Origin: the human T2T-CHM13v2.0 reference genome, Homo sapiens | NCBI RefSeq assembly: GCF_009914755.1 | Contig: NC_060926.1 | Length of the DNA: 64,000 nt | Strand: one strand, 5' to 3' | Shown here: positions 13,645 through 31,518 of the stretch, piece after piece | Numbering within the stretch: the first letter of the stretch is position 1 | How the letters are laid out: each line of letters begins with the position of its first letter | Made by a program: the position numbers and the translations under genes | The notes under the pieces: model-generated | What the model was told of the DNA's origin: nothing | Database searches by the model: none | The model's input: only the letters and a program-made list of their open reading frames with translations

Positions 13645-15195
13645 GGTTCTCCGATTTTTTAAAATAACCTAAGATCTTATGATACTGAGTTGGCAAGTTA
13701 AGGCCCTCTGGGCAGAAGGAAGCCTTATCTGTAAGTTATAATCAGAAGTCTTGGGCAGAGACTTCATATCTATAGACACTGTAGTAGTTTAAAGATGACA
13801 GGGTTGAATGCAACCTATCTTAGAAATGGTCCCCTCAAAGCTGAACTTTGTCCGCTAACGTGGTAAACAACACAGTTCATTGGTTGCATATCAGAGGTGG
13901 CACATATTGTTGTGGTTAGAATTGCCCATTCTTTTGGGACAACAGATTAAAGAAAATTCATGTTGCTCAGCCATATGTAAATGAGAATAGGCTTTGTGTC
14001 TTCTTAAGGACATCACTATTGAGTCTTCTAATACATGCCACAAAGGAGCAATATAATTTATACTATAATTGAGTACACCAGCACACTACTGTTGCAATTA
14101 ATTTATAGTTCTTACCTGGATAGACAATTTACAATAGACTTTTATCCTTACAAACATCCAAATTATCTGGTCTACTCTACTCTTCCAGAAAAATTATGCA
14201 ATTGGGCATATTAAATAGACCAAAGGCTGACCAGTAGTTGTGTATTTTGAGGATATTATAGATTTTCTTAGCAGATATTTAGAAACAAAAATGATCTTTA
14301 GGAAAAAAATGACTTGATTTCTGGGAGTAAAAGTTGAGCATATTTGAGTTGAATTCAAATAGAAATTTGAAGATTTGAAAAATAAATAAAATGATACACT
14401 TAAAATATTTTTCTTAACTAATTATTTTGAAAATCTTGATAAAGTAGATAATTCCTTCAAGAAAATTAAATCATCAAAGTTGACTGAAGAAAGCATGAAG
14501 AGACTATTAAGTTTGAACAAATAAAAAATTTATGAAACTATTATAAAGCCTCCAGTGCCCAGGGCTTTACTGTTGAATATTAGCAATTGTTAAAGAAATA
14601 AATAATTTCTATGTTAGATAAATTATGTCAAACACAAGAAAAGATGAAATATGACTCAGTTGTTTAATGTAGCCATAAAAACTCAAATGCTCAAAACTGA
14701 TGCAGATAAGATGGAGTGGGGAGATATTCTGATTCATAAATGTTGCAATTCTAAATAGAAAACAAAATTTAAAGGACGTTTAAAGAATAATCTACAAACA
14801 AGTGTAGATTTTAGTTGCAGCAATGCCAGAAATGTTTACTATTAGTTACTCTATTAATGAAATACTTCCAATAAGAAAAAAATGTTTGAAAATTTCAGTT
14901 GGTGCTGAAAACAGATTTTAAATAAGTAAATCAAAACACCTCCCCCAAAAAAGTTTTAAAAACAAGGACCAGAAAAACACTTCCTCTACGTTAAAAACCA
15001 TCTCGAGCCAACAACTAAAACTGTAATATCTAAAGGAAAAGCACTAGAGAAATGCCCCCACTAAATCTACTCTCATTAAAAATAGTTGCCCCATTATCTC
15101 TTGAATTATCTATCATTGCTCTGAAAGATGTGGAGTCTTTCAGGAATAAAGACCTGAAATAGAAACAAGAGGTTTAAATATTGGAGGGGAAAAAA

Positions 15196-15196
15196 C

Positions 15197-15254
<58 letters not shown>

Positions 15255-15440
15255 ATATATATTTAAATATATATACACATATATTTAAATATATATGTAT
15301 TTTTGTATTTAAGTGTATTTAAATATATATGTATATATGTAAATAAACATATATATGTGTATATATGTATGTATGTTATATTTAAATATATATTTATATT
15401 TTATATGTTGATCTTTAAATATATTTAAATATATATATTT
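15196..15440. repeat. (TA)n/(TG)n low-complexity tract
   Basis: Direct reading. Confidence 0.9.
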
Positions 15441-15844
15441 TTTTCAGATTGTGTGATTGTCTACCTAGAAGCAAGATGTTCAAAATAAACCAATATTTGA
15501 GTTTCTAAAACAATTCATTCAGAAAAGTTTCTCTTTTCAGGGTAACTATTCAAAAAGCCATAGCTTTCCAAAATATCATCATCAATAATTAAGAAATAAT
15601 ACAGTGGGAAAAGCCCCTACTCACAATATTATCACAATATGACAGGAAATCAGCTATGTATAACCTTTTACTGAGAGACAGAAAAACACTTGAAAAAATA
15701 GAGAAACCTAAATATCACAAAGATAAAAGATGTTTCCACATCAACATATAGGTTTAATGCAAAGCTAACCAAAATACTAATAGGATTAATTTTGGCACCT
15801 TAGAAATGATTTCAAGATTCGTTGAGAAGAATAATTGTGTTATA

Positions 15845-16683
15845 CAACCCCATCAAAAAGTGGGCAAGGGATATGAACAGACACTTCTCAAAAGAAGACA
15901 TTTATGTGGCCAACAAACATGAAAAATAACTCATCATCACTGGTCGTTAGAGAAAAGCAAATTAAAACCACAATGAGATACCATCTCAAGCCAGTTAGAA
16001 AGATGATCATTAAAATGTCTGGAAACAACAGATGCTGGTGAGGTTGTGGAGAAATAGGAATGCTTTCACACTTGGTGGGAGTGTAAATTAGTTCAACCAT
16101 TGTGAAAGTCAATGTGGCAATTCCTCAAGGATCAAGAACCAGAAATATCATTTGACCCAGCAATCCCATTACTGGGTATAAACCCAAAGGATTATAAATC
16201 ATTCTACTATAAAGACACCTGCACACATAGGTTTAATGCAGCACTATTCACAATAGCAAAGACTTGGAAGCAACCCAAATGCCCATCAATGATAGACTGG
16301 ATAAAGAAAATGTGGCACATATACACCATGGAATACTATGCAGTCATAAAAAAGAATGAGTTCATGTCCTTTGCAGGGACATGGATGAAGCTAGAAACCA
16401 TCATCCACAGCAAACTAACACAGGAACAGAAAACCAAACACTGCATGTTCTCACTCATAAGTGGGAGCTGAACAATGAGAACACATGGACACAGGGAGGA
16501 GAACATCACATACCGGGGCCTGTCAGGGGGTCGGGGGCAAGGGGAGGGAGAGCATTAGGACAAATAGTTAACGCATGCGGGGCCTAAAACCTAGATGATG
16601 GCTTGATAGGTGCAGCAAACCACCATGGTACATGTATATCTGCACGTTCAACACATATATCCCAGAATTTAAAATTTTTAAAA
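15845..16683 (+). mobile_element. 5'-truncated L1PA (end of ORF2 plus 3'UTR) within older L1M sequence
   Basis: ORF2 C-terminal peptide (ORF 16112-16471); 18-bp TSD aagaataattgtgttata at 15827-15844 and 16684-16701. Confidence 0.93.
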
Positions 16684-17038
16684 AAGAATAATTGTGTTAT
16701 AATAGCTAATACGTAAAAATATAAAAATGAAAAGGGGGAAAATGGTTAATGGGTATAAAGTTTCAGTTATGCAAGATAAGCAAGTTCTGGAGGTGTACTA
16801 AACAGCAGTGCCTATAGTTAACAGCACTGTGTATTGTATACTTAAAATTTGCTCAGAGATTAGATCTTGTAGTGTTCTTACCACACGTACAAATTAACTA
16901 TAATAATTATAAAGGGAGGAAACTTTAGGAGGTGATGGGTATGTTTATGGTTTCACAGGTGCATCTTTATCCCCAAACTCATCAAATGGTATACATTAAA
17001 TATGTACAGCTTTCTTTTTCTTAAAAAAAACTGATTAA

Positions 17039-17345
<307 letters not shown>

Positions 17346-17805
17346 ATGTACAGCTTTTGCATGTCAATTGTATCTCAATAAATTGGTTAACAAAATGAAA
17401 TAAAAAGGGAAAACTAGCTTTATGTTAATGGCTATCAGAAAGCTAGAATAATTCAAGTAATGCTGTTCTTATGTAAAAATAAAATGAAAAGCAACTGAGC
17501 TGAATAGATAGCATTAAAACACATTCTAAAATGACAAATTTTTTGGTATATACTACAGGAACCATGATAAAAATTAAAAAGGAAAGGATTTATTCAAAAA
17601 AAGGAATAGGGGACTCTCTTAGCTTACCTCTGATTATGCATCAGAATAAAAACCAGATAGATTTAAAAGCTATGTGTCAAGATAATCAAATCATGTTAAA
17701 ACAAAATACAGCTAGAGTCATTTGATTTCTCAATGAATAAATTTTTCCCAGCATAAAACTGTGAAAGAAATTACAAAGAAAAAGAAAGAGACTGATAATG
17801 TTTTT

Positions 17806-18098
17806 AGACTGAGCATGGTGGCTCACACCTGTAATCCCAGCACTTTGGGAGACTGAGGCGGGCAGATCACATAAGGTCAGGAGTTCAAGACCAGCCTGGC
17901 CAACACAGTGAAACCCCGTCTCTACTAAAAATACAAAAATTAGCTGGGCGTGATGCGGGCACCTGGAATCCCAGCTACTTGAGAGGCTGAGGCAGAATAA
18001 TCGCTTGAACCCGGGAAGCGGAGGTTGCAGTGAGCCAAGATAGTGCCCCTGTGCTCCAGCCTGGGTGACAGAGCAAGACTCCATCTCAAAAAAAAAAA
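17806..18098 (+). mobile_element. Alu (AluS-like)
   Basis: Sense Alu with poly(A). Confidence 0.95.
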
Positions 18099-19113
18099 GA
18101 CTAACGCTTTTATAAGAATTGAAAGTTTATATGTAGGAAGTCAAATTATCAATAAGACTAAAAGGAAATAACTAGGAAGAAAGATTTCCCTAGTCAAAAT
18201 ATAAAAAGTTTAAATACATTGGTAAATCAAACTGATTCATCAGTAAAAACGGCAGCAGGTGCTGATGAAGGAAAAAATACAGTTGCCTTGTACATTATGT
18301 GGGGAAAAGCTTCATTTCACTCTGAGTCAGAGAAATGCAAATTAAAGCAAATTAAATATATTCCAGTGATAAAATTATCAAAAATTAAAACAAGGCGATA
18401 GTCAATATTAGCAAGGATCTTGTGAGAAAGGTGCTACATTCACTAGAAGCCTAACTTGGTATTCCTTTCTAAAAGGCAATTTTGCAATAAGCATGAAGAG
18501 CCTTAAAAATGTTTGTACTTTTCATTCTTGTGATTCACTTTAGAAATGTATCCTAAGGAAATAATTGGAGATGTTTACAAAGAACAATGTATAAGAATTT
18601 TAATAGTGAAGTTTTAAATTATAGCAAAAATTAGAAATAATCCAAATATCAACAACGGTGGAGTTAAATCATATTATGCTTATTTAAATAAAAATTATAT
18701 AACCATTAAGATGTTTTTTGAAGAATTACAATGACAATGGAAAATGCTCTTAATCTAACTATAGAGAACTATATAATGAATAAATTTTACAGTGTAGTCT
18801 AAGCTAATTTTAAAATGTTTATAGGAAAGGAAGTATACCAAAATATTGACAGTGGGGTAATAGCGGATTATTTGCCATTTTAATTTTGTTCTTTGTTCTC
18901 TTTTGACTTTTTGAAACTTTCTATAATAAATGTATAGCACTTTGTGATTTGAGATAAAAAGTTATTCAATAAAAGAAGGTTTTAGATTTTTCCTTGGTCA
19001 TATGAACATCTTAAAAAGAATCCCCAAACTAGGGAATGCTTCACTGAACTTCACTGCAAAATGGTCCAGATTATTTGTGCTTTAGTAGCAGTTCCTTTCC
19101 GTTTTGGACTCAC

Positions 19114-19267
19114 CTGGTAACATGAGTTGCTGTCCTCAGTTTGTTGACCCCGAGACATTCTTTCAGGTACAGGTATAGGCTTGGAGGCACCTGTGGCTGC
19201 TGTTTCCATTGGTCCAGTTGGCCTTACATCTGCTGTTCCTTTAGAACTCTTGTACTGAATGGAGACG
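19114..19267 (-). other. Candidate relic/cryptic DYTN exon (phase 2 to 0)
   Basis: Perfect donor CAG|gtgagt at 19114; stop-free frame; only weak acceptors (19267, 19273, 19254). Confidence 0.35.
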
Positions 19268-20147
19268 CTATTACTGAGTTTTATAAGAAAGTTGTAGCAA
19301 CTTTTAATTATCAGGTATGACATTGAGGAAAGCCTTTTTAGAAAATGTACATTAGATATTGAAGGTTTTACTCACCCACCCCCACAATAGCAATAAAGCA
19401 GGCCAACTTTTCTCTCTGTGTTCTTTTCCAGACAATTTTGTTGACAGAGTCAAGTAGCCAATAATAGAAATAAAAATTCAATTTTCCCTTCTCCTTGACA
19501 ATCTAGACATGAGAATGCAAAGAATTCAGGGGTGACAGCAGAAAATCCCCCAGGTCATCTTGTCCAGGTCAGACATTAGGAGTTATAAATGCAGGTATGT
19601 GTTTATCACGTCAAATCTGAAAGAACATATAATATATCAGACTAGTTTAAGGTCAGGTATATTCTGTTATACAATTCCATTTGGTTTCATTCCTTTATTT
19701 AAAAACTATTTTTAAACATCATCTCAAGTTATGGCAGATATAAAACAAAAAAGCAGAGAACTCCTGATTCCAGATAATTCACATCTAAAGAACAGATAAA
19801 TATAGAATCATTTTACACATAACATTATGCTTTCTACAAGACACAATGAGAACATAAGGAAAGACACGATTATTCTGTGATATACTTAATTATACCAGGG
19901 GTGTGCATTTTGGGGTAGAAGAATAGGGTGACCCACAGTTTCTTTGTAACAAACCTTCTGAATGACAAACTCGATTCCTACCCCATCTGAGATCATTTTC
20001 ATATCTTGGTATTGTTCTGCTCTGTCTTCATTTGCTCAGGATGCTATAACAAACAGACTGGGTGGTGTAAGCAACTGGCATTTATTTTCTCACAGTTCTA
20101 GAGGCTGAAAGTCTGAGATCAGAGTGCCAGCGTGGTCGGTCATACAC

Positions 20148-20510
20148 TGTGTTAGTCAATTTTCATACTGCTGTGAAGAAATACCCGAGATGGGGTAATT
20201 TATAAAGAAAAAGAAGTTTAATGGACTCACAGTTCCACATGGCTGGGGAGGCCTCATAATCATGGCAGAAAGCAACAGAGGAACAAAAGCACGTCTTACA
20301 TGGCAGCAGGCAAGAGAGTGTGTGCAGGGAAACTGCCCTTTATAAAACCATCAGATCTTATGAGACTTACTCACTATTATGAGAAGAGCATGGGAAAAAC
20401 CTGCCCCCATGATTCAATTACCTCCCACCAGGTCCCTCCCACAACACATGGGGATTATGGGAGCTACAATTCAGGATGGGATTTGGGTGGGGAGACAACC
20501 ATATCATATA
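20148..20510 (-). mobile_element. THE1 solo LTR, next to an MLT1 fragment (about 20030-20135)
   Basis: tgtgttagtc...caaccatatca is the reverse complement of THE1. Confidence 0.88.
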
Positions 20511-20952
20511 CACATCATTTTCTGTACTCAGATATTTACAAACATCAATATGTATTTTAAATGTTTTTTTAAAAAACAAGGAAATCATTCCAGACACATT
20601 ATTCTGCTACTTGCTTTTTTCTCTGATGCATGATGGTGAATTCCTTCCAGTATAGTAGATAGCAGCTAAAACTTGTTCTTTTAAGTAGATTCATTATGTT
20701 CTGCAGAATGTTCGTAATCCTACATATTCCACCACTTTTCTACGAAGGGGCACTTAGGTTGTTTCTGGCTTATTGTCCTGTACTCCAAGGGCCAAATCTT
20801 GTGTATATTTTAATGACTAATAAATACCCTATTCTAAAGTGAATCCTTCTACATGTATCCCACCCCCTCTTTGCTGAATGACATTGCTCCAATAATTCTC
20901 CCCTGTTGCACCAGTTCATCAGTTTTTCTATGAATTCATTCCCTCAAACAAA

Positions 20953-22445
20953 TGGGTATACAGGCTCTTTTTTGGTTCCATATGAAATTTAAAATAGTTT
21001 TTTCTAATTATGTGAAGAATGTCAATGGTAGTTTGATGGAAATAGCTTTGAATCTATACTTTGGACAGTATGGCTATTTTCACGATATTGGTTCTTCTAT
21101 TCATGAGGATGGAATATTCTACCATTTGTGTCCTCTCTTATTTCCTTGAGCAGTGGTTTGTAGTTCTCCTTGAAGAGGTCCTTCACATCCCTTGTTAGCT
21201 GTATTCCTAGGTATTTTATTCTCTTTGTAGTAATTGTGAATGGAAGTTCATTCATGATTTGGCTCTCTGCTTGTCTATTGTTGTTGTATAGGAATACTTG
21301 TGATTTTTGCACATTGATTTTGCATCATGAGACTTTGCTGAGGTTGCTTATCAGCTTAAGGAGATTTTGGGCTGAGACAATGGGGCTTTCTAAATAAAGA
21401 ATCATGTCATCTGCAGACAGAGACAATTTGACTTCCTGTCTTCCTATTTGAATATCCTTTATTTCTTTCTCTTGCCTGATTGAGCTGGCCAGAACTTCTA
21501 ATACTATGTTGAATAGGAGTGATAAGAGAGGGCATCCTTGTCTTGTGCCAGTTTTCAAAGGGAATGCTTCCAGCTTTTGCCCATTCAGTATGATATTGTC
21601 TGTGGGTTTGTCATAAATAGCTCTTATTATTTTGAGATACGTTCCATCAATACCTAGTTTATCGAGAGTTTTTTTAACATGAAGGGATGTTGAATTTTAT
21701 TGAAGGCCTTTTCTGCATCTGTTGAGATGATCATGTGGTTTTTGTCAGTGGCTCTGTTTATGTGATGGATTATGTTTATTGCTTTGTGTATGTTGAACCA
21801 GCCTTGCATCCCAGGGATGAAACCAACTTGATTGTGGTGGATAAGATTTTCGATGTGCTGCTGGATTCAATTTGCCAGTATTTTATTGAGGATTTTTGCA
21901 TCAATGTTCATCAGGGATACTGGCCTGAAGTTTTCTTTTTTTGTTATGTCTCTGCCAGGTTTTGGTATCAGGATGATGCTGGCCTCATAAAATAAGTTAA
22001 GGAGGAGTCCCTGCTTTTCAATAGTTTGGAATAGTTTCAGAAGGAATGGTACCAGCTCCTCTTTGTACCTCTGGTAGAATTCGGCTGTGAATCTGTCTGG
22101 TCCTGGACTTTTTTTGGTTGGTAGGCCATTACTTACTGCCTCAATTTCAGAACTTGTTATTGGTCTATTTAGGGTTTCGACTTCTTCCTGGTTTAGTCTT
22201 GGGAAGGGTGTGTGTGTCTAGGAATTTTTCCATTTTTTTCTAGATTTTCTAGTTTATTTGCCTAGAGGTGTTTACAGTATTCTCTGATGGTAGATTGTAT
22301 TTCTGTAGGGTCAATAGTGTATTCCCTTTCTCATCTTTTGTTGTGTCTTTTGATTCTTCTTTCTTTTCTTCTGTATTAGTCTAGCCAGTGGTCTATCTAT
22401 TTTGTTAATTTTTTTCAAATTAATCCAGCTCCTGGATTCATTGAC
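20953..22445 (-). mobile_element. L1PA ORF2 (reverse transcriptase) fragment
   Basis: [21 protein letters not shown] motifs (ORF 21325-21558). Confidence 0.93.
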
Positions 22446-23283
22446 TTTTCAAGGGTAAAAGGTCAATTGTTATTTGACCTAGCAGCAGCATTTGACAGTA
22501 GAACACCATGCTGTGTCCTTGAACACTTTCTTCACCTGTCTTCCAGGATTCCTCACTTTCTTGGTTTTCTTCCCTCTCCATTCTTTCCTCTTTCTCAGTC
22601 TCCCTTTCTGGTTTTTCTTCTTTTCTGCAGCTTTGTAAATGGAGTGTCACAGGGCTCAGTCTTTGATCCTCTTCTCTTTCCCCTCTACACTCTCTCTTTG
22701 ATGATCTCATATAACCTCATGGCTTTAACAACCATTAACATGCCAACAACCCCCAAATTTGTATCTCCAGTACAGACCCTTTTTTCCAAGTTCCAGCTAT
22801 GAATAGTCAACTGCTTGGTCAATATCTCCCTGTGGACATCTCAGAGACTTCTCAATTTTAATGTGTCCCAAACTAGACTCCTGATTTCCTCCACAAACCT
22901 TCTCTACCTGTAGCCTCCCCAACTCGGTTGATGGCAATCTTATTCTTCTACTTACTATAGAACCACCATGACAGTATAATTTAGTGCAAATGCAGGAATA
23001 GACACATAGATCTAAGGATGAGAATATAAGTTCTATTAGCCCAAGTATACAAGGAAAGCTAATATGTGAGAAAGCTGGCATTTTAATTAAGTGGGAAAAA
23101 GATCACATAATTGGCTAAAAGATCACATAATCCCCTACACCAGGAAAAAAAGTAAAGCTAGACCCTTGCTAAAATAAATTCCAAACAGATTGAAATTTTA
23201 AGTTAAAATTTGTAATAGAAATATTGGAAAAAATTTAGGAAAATGTTTATATAACCTTGCTTCTAACTCTTGGCTCTCTTTAG

Positions 23284-23742
<459 letters not shown>

Positions 23743-23812
23743 TATTTCTTCTCTTATTACTCTCCTTCCTCATCCCACTCAATCATGCTAGCCCCCTTGC
23801 TGTTCTTTGAAT

Positions 23813-23862
23813 CCATTAAAATTAATGGCAAAAACCGCAATTACTTTTGCACCAACCTAATA
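23813..23862. mobile_element. Half MADE1 (Hsmar1-derived MITE)
   Basis: aatggcaaaaaccgcaattacttttgcaccaacctaata is the Hsmar1 TIR. Confidence 0.85.
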
Positions 23863-24394
23863 CCAAGCATGCCCCCACTTGGTGCTGGCTGTCTCCTCAG
23901 TTTGCAGTGTCCTTTTCTCAGATGTCTGCATGACTTACTCCCTCACTTCCTTCAAAACTTTGATCAAATGTCACCTCTCACTGAGGTCCGCTATAACCAC
24001 CATACTTAAATTTGCTGCCATCTCTCCAAGTCTTTATTTTTCTTACCTGCCTCTCCTTTTTTTAAACTTTAATACTTAAATATTTTAACATATGATATAA
24101 TTCCTTTATATACCATTTCCATTTGTCTGGTCCTCACTAGGATGCAAGCTCACCGAGAGCAGAAATCCTTGTCTCTTTTTCTTCATTGATGTAGCCCAAG
24201 TTCCTAGAACAACATTCAATAAACTTATTGAATAAATATTTTTCAGTGTATTTTCTGAAAATTCTGTAGCCATTTGTACTTCTACCAGATTTCAAGAGCA
24301 TCTATGTTCTTCCCTCCTCACCAGCAAAGGATGTTGCCATTCATTTTAATCTTTGTCTTTTCAATAAGTAAAATGATGATATGTCATTGTTACA

Positions 24395-24712
24395 TTTTTC
24401 TTTTTTCTTTTTTTCTCTTTGAGACAGGGTCTTGCTCTGTCACCCAGGCTGGAGTGCAGTGGCACTATCATGGCTCACTGCAGCATTGACCCCCTGGACT
24501 CCAGCGATCCTCCTACCTCAGCCTCCCAAGTAGCTGAGGCCACAGGTGCACACCACCACACCCAGCTAATTTTAAAATTATTTGTAGAGATGGGGTCTCC
24601 CTATGTTGCCCATGCTGGTATCAAATTCCTGGCCTCAAGTGATCCTCCTTCACTTTGAGAGGCAGAACCTTCAGCCTCCCAAAGTTCTGGGATCACAGGC
24701 ATAAGCCTGGCC
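24395..24712 (-). mobile_element. Alu (AluJ-like)
   Basis: Antisense Alu. Confidence 0.92.
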
Positions 24713-24864
24713 TATTTGCCTTTTTTCTAACCAATAGAGAGGTTGAGCATCTTTTTGGGTGTCTAAGGGCCATTTGCAACTCTTCTTCTGTGATTGCCTA
24801 TTTACATATTTTGTGTATTTTCCTCTTCACCCACCTCTTCTTCCCCATTTTCTTCTTCTTCTTG

Positions 24865-27500
<2,636 letters not shown>

Positions 27501-28159
27501 ACATCAAGTTTTTCTTATCAATTTTTCAGGGACCCTTTTAATAGCATCATTTATCTTATTACCGAAAATATTTTTCTAAGTCTAGGGCTTATTTTTAATT
27601 TTGTTTATACTATCATTTACCATAACAAAATGTTTAAAATTACATGCTATCATATATATCTGTCTATTCCTTCATGATTTTTTGTTTTTCTTTCTTCCTT
27701 AGGAGATGTTCTTTTTTCTAATATTTATTTTAAATTCTTTTTACATTTAAATTTCAATCAATTTGGAATTTGTTTTAGTATATGGGGCAAAATAAGGGCC
27801 AATTTTCCTTTCAGATGGATAGCCAATTATGCATTATTTTTCCATGAATTGAAATATCACCTTTATCATATATTAGGTTCCCATATATGCTTAGATCAAT
27901 TATTATATTTTGTATTCTCATCCTTAGACCTACATGTTCATTCCCGTTTTATACTATATTATTTGGTCATAGTAGTTTTATAGTAAGTGTTAATATCTGT
28001 TGTATTAACATCTGTTCTTCAGATATTAATGTCTCTCACTATTCTTCAGTCTCATAATTTTACTATTCTTGTACAACTATTCTTCCAACATACCTTCAAA
28101 ATTATTTTATCCTATTTAGAAAACCTTGTGATTCTATCTGGAAATGCATTAAATTTAAA

Positions 28160-28795
28160 TACAGTAGATTATGCTCTATAAGGCTACCATGAACAGTGAA
28201 TTAGGAAATACTGAACCCATTGTTCCTAGAGAAAATACAGGGTTAGGTTCCTGCAAGCCTCTGGCCACAATATTTTTGTCAACCAATCAATGCACAACCT
28301 TGTTTTATGTGTTTCTGTATAAAGATGCTTTTTAAATATATATTGTTGATTCATTAGCATTAAACTCATGGTCAACAGCAATATAAATCATACCTGAATG
28401 AAGCTTATTTAACGTGTGTATTTTTTCATCAAGGCACATCGTAGCCTTGCTGTGCTTGGGAACACTAGACAGCAATTCAGTACCGTGCTTTGGGGCCATT
28501 TGCCAAAGTAAAATCACCAACAAAAAGCACAAATATAAAAAAACAAGACACAAAATAGACACGAAAAGGACACTTGCTTATAGAATGAGGGCTGAAACAG
28601 TAACACAGAGCACTATCTGGTTTGACCTCAGCTGGGAACACGTGCATCAGGCAACTCAAAATTTTTTTGCCACTCTGCTTATGTCTGCAAATACTGAAAA
28701 AGCACCAGGAGTGTTAATTTTAGGGTTACAAATAAATTTTTGCAAGTAGGCAAATTTGTAAGTATTGAATCTGCAAATAACAAAAATCAGCTATT
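28160..28795 (-). mobile_element. MER44-like (Tigger7) element within L1M sequence
   Basis: Reverse complement ...aatttgcctacttgcaaaaatttatttgtaaccctaaaatt matches the MER44 end. Confidence 0.7.
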
Positions 28796-29964
28796 AATTT
28801 TTGGAGCAGGTACATTCTTATGCTAGTCTTCTCATTTAGAAATTTGGCATTTTTTCCTTTTGTTCAGGACTTGTTTTCTGTACTCAATAAAATATTATAA
28901 TTTTATTTGGGTCTTGTATCTTTTTTGTTAAACTTTTTTGTAGTTTCTTTTAAAAATAATTTTTACATGTATTTTGAATGAGATTCTTACAAAATTTATA
29001 GCTGGTTATTGCTAGTAGAGTGAAGAATTTTGTATATGTTTATTTTATTTTTCCACCATCATTTGAAGCCTATTAATTCTAGTAATTTTTGCTAGTTACT
29101 TGGGGTTTCTTAGTAATTCACAATTAAATTAGCTACAAAGAGAAGTAATTCTGTCTGTTATTTTTCTGCAGTTTAATTTTCTTTTTAACTATGTTTTCAA
29201 GAACTTCCTGAAATATTTAATAAGAGTGATGATATTTGGCACCTAACTTTCAGTTCTGGTTTTGTAAATGAAAGTATTCTCAGTGCAAACTATCATGTGT
29301 AAAGGAAATAAAACCACATCAAAAGGGAGAAGGCTTATTACCATGCAGATAGTTTGCTGAATCATTGAACGAATTCAATATTATCACTTGGCCATAACCA
29401 TTAATCTCTTAGAAGATGGTCAGTGCTAGTGTGCCAACATAATAGATATCAAAGATGTGTTTTTTACTATTATTACATTGTGATTTAGTAATATTCCACA
29501 TTCTTTTCTCCTAGATGAGCCACAAATCAGAATTTCTGAACTCATCAAAGTCTAGGGTACACTGAAAATTATTACATAAGAATGTTATTTTGGGGAACAA
29601 CTCTACTGTACTTGGGGTGGACAGAGTACAACTCATTGACGTTTAGAGAACCCTGGCTTTGTACAGCCCTTGTAATTCCCTTTCCTCATCTCACCTCCAG
29701 AAATACTACTCTGGGAGTAGAGAGGAGAGGTTATCCCAATTAACAGGTAAAGAAACTGAGTCCTAGAAAAGTGAAGTGACTTCCTCATGGCCACACACGT
29801 GGTTAGTTGAGGGCAAAGCTTCTGTCTCTGTTCCAGATTCAGTCAAACCTCATTATCTTGTTCCAAAGCTCCTTGATTCTTTCCAGCTACATTCTAAAAG
29901 AGCTCATGGTTCACCTTATCTATCCATCCATCAATCCCTCCATCATGCGCTATACATTTTATTA

Positions 29965-30770
29965 TTCATTCATTCATTCAGTCAGTCAGTCATTCAACAA
30001 ATATTTATTGAGGATTTATCATATTCAGACATTATTATAGATTCTGGCAATACAACTGGAAACAATGGACATTCCTCCCCTCATAGAGCTTACATTATAG
30101 AGAGGGGCACAGCAATAAATAATAAATAAGTAAGATATAGGATGTCAGAGGGTGATTAAGTGCTCTGAAGAAAAATAGAGCCAGCAAGGATAACTGGGAG
30201 TGCCAGAGTGAGGAAAGTGGTTGAATGGTAAATGGTTGTCAGGAAAGGCCTTCAGGATGAGCCTACATTTGAGCAAAGACCTCGGCAGGTCTTTGGGAAG
30301 TGAGCAGTCAAGCCACGCAGGGAGGTGATCTAGGGTTGCCAGTCCCCCGAGGTGGCAGCATGCCTGGTGTATTCATGGAGCAGCAAGGAGAGCTGTGAGG
30401 CTGAAGCAGAACAAGTCAGGGAGAGGTGCAGTGGAGGACCAAGAGCTGGTGGGGAACAGGGTTTATAGGGCCAGGCTAAAGGCCACTGGAAGGACTGTGA
30501 CTTTCTTGGAAGAGGGAAGGCCACAAAAAAGTTTGTGCAGAGGAGTGACATGATCTGGCCAAAATCTGAAAAGGGCCTGTGGCACCAGGAGTGGACCATG
30601 GGGAGACCGAGGAGGAAGCAGGGGAACCAGTTAGGAGGTCATGTGACAATGTGGGAGAAAGGGACCGCTGAGGTGGTGGCAGTAGAAATAATGAGACTCA
30701 CTCGGAGTTCAAATCTATTTTGAAGGTACAACCAACAAGATTTGCTGATGGATTGAATTGTTTGTATGAC
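29965..30770. mobile_element. L2 3' end, preceded by a MIR at about 29720-29890
   Basis: cattcattcattca...caacaaatatttattgag L2 tail. Confidence 0.75.
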
Positions 30771-31185
30771 TTTATGAGCCAGGTGTTGGAGTTGCAAGAG
30801 GGAGTGAAATCAGATTCCTTGATGGAGCTTTTAGCCAAATGAGAAGGCAGACATTAATCAGATAGTTAGATAAATAAATGTGTAGTTACAAACTATGACA
30901 AATCCTTTAAAATAAAGTCTTAAGGGTGGGATAGATCTGGCTTAGTCATATGTGAGGCAGAATCAGGGCTGGAACACAGAGACTGTGGAGGAGGAATGAA
31001 GCTGGAGAGATTAAGATGGTGGACCAAAAGGACCAAGACTAAGTCACGTTACAACTTTTCATTTTTAGCCTAAAAACGATGGGAAAACGATGGAGGAATT
31101 TGATTTAAGGAAGGCATAAGGATTTGGAAGGGATGAGTGGGTGAGAAGTGCTGTCACATTTGTGTCAAAAATGTGTAAAAGATCA

Positions 31186-31518
<333 letters not shown>

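Noticed and set aside
14111-14120. Isolated strong donor-like motif CAG|gtaaga in intron 9
   Set aside because: I found no paired acceptor or coherent frame; such motifs are expected by chance in 27 kb.
16112-16471. 119-aa ORF
   Set aside because: It is the L1 ORF2 C-terminus, not a host gene.
17686-18084. 132-aa ORF and similar [19 protein letters not shown] ORFs across the window
   Set aside because: These are antisense Alu translation artefacts.
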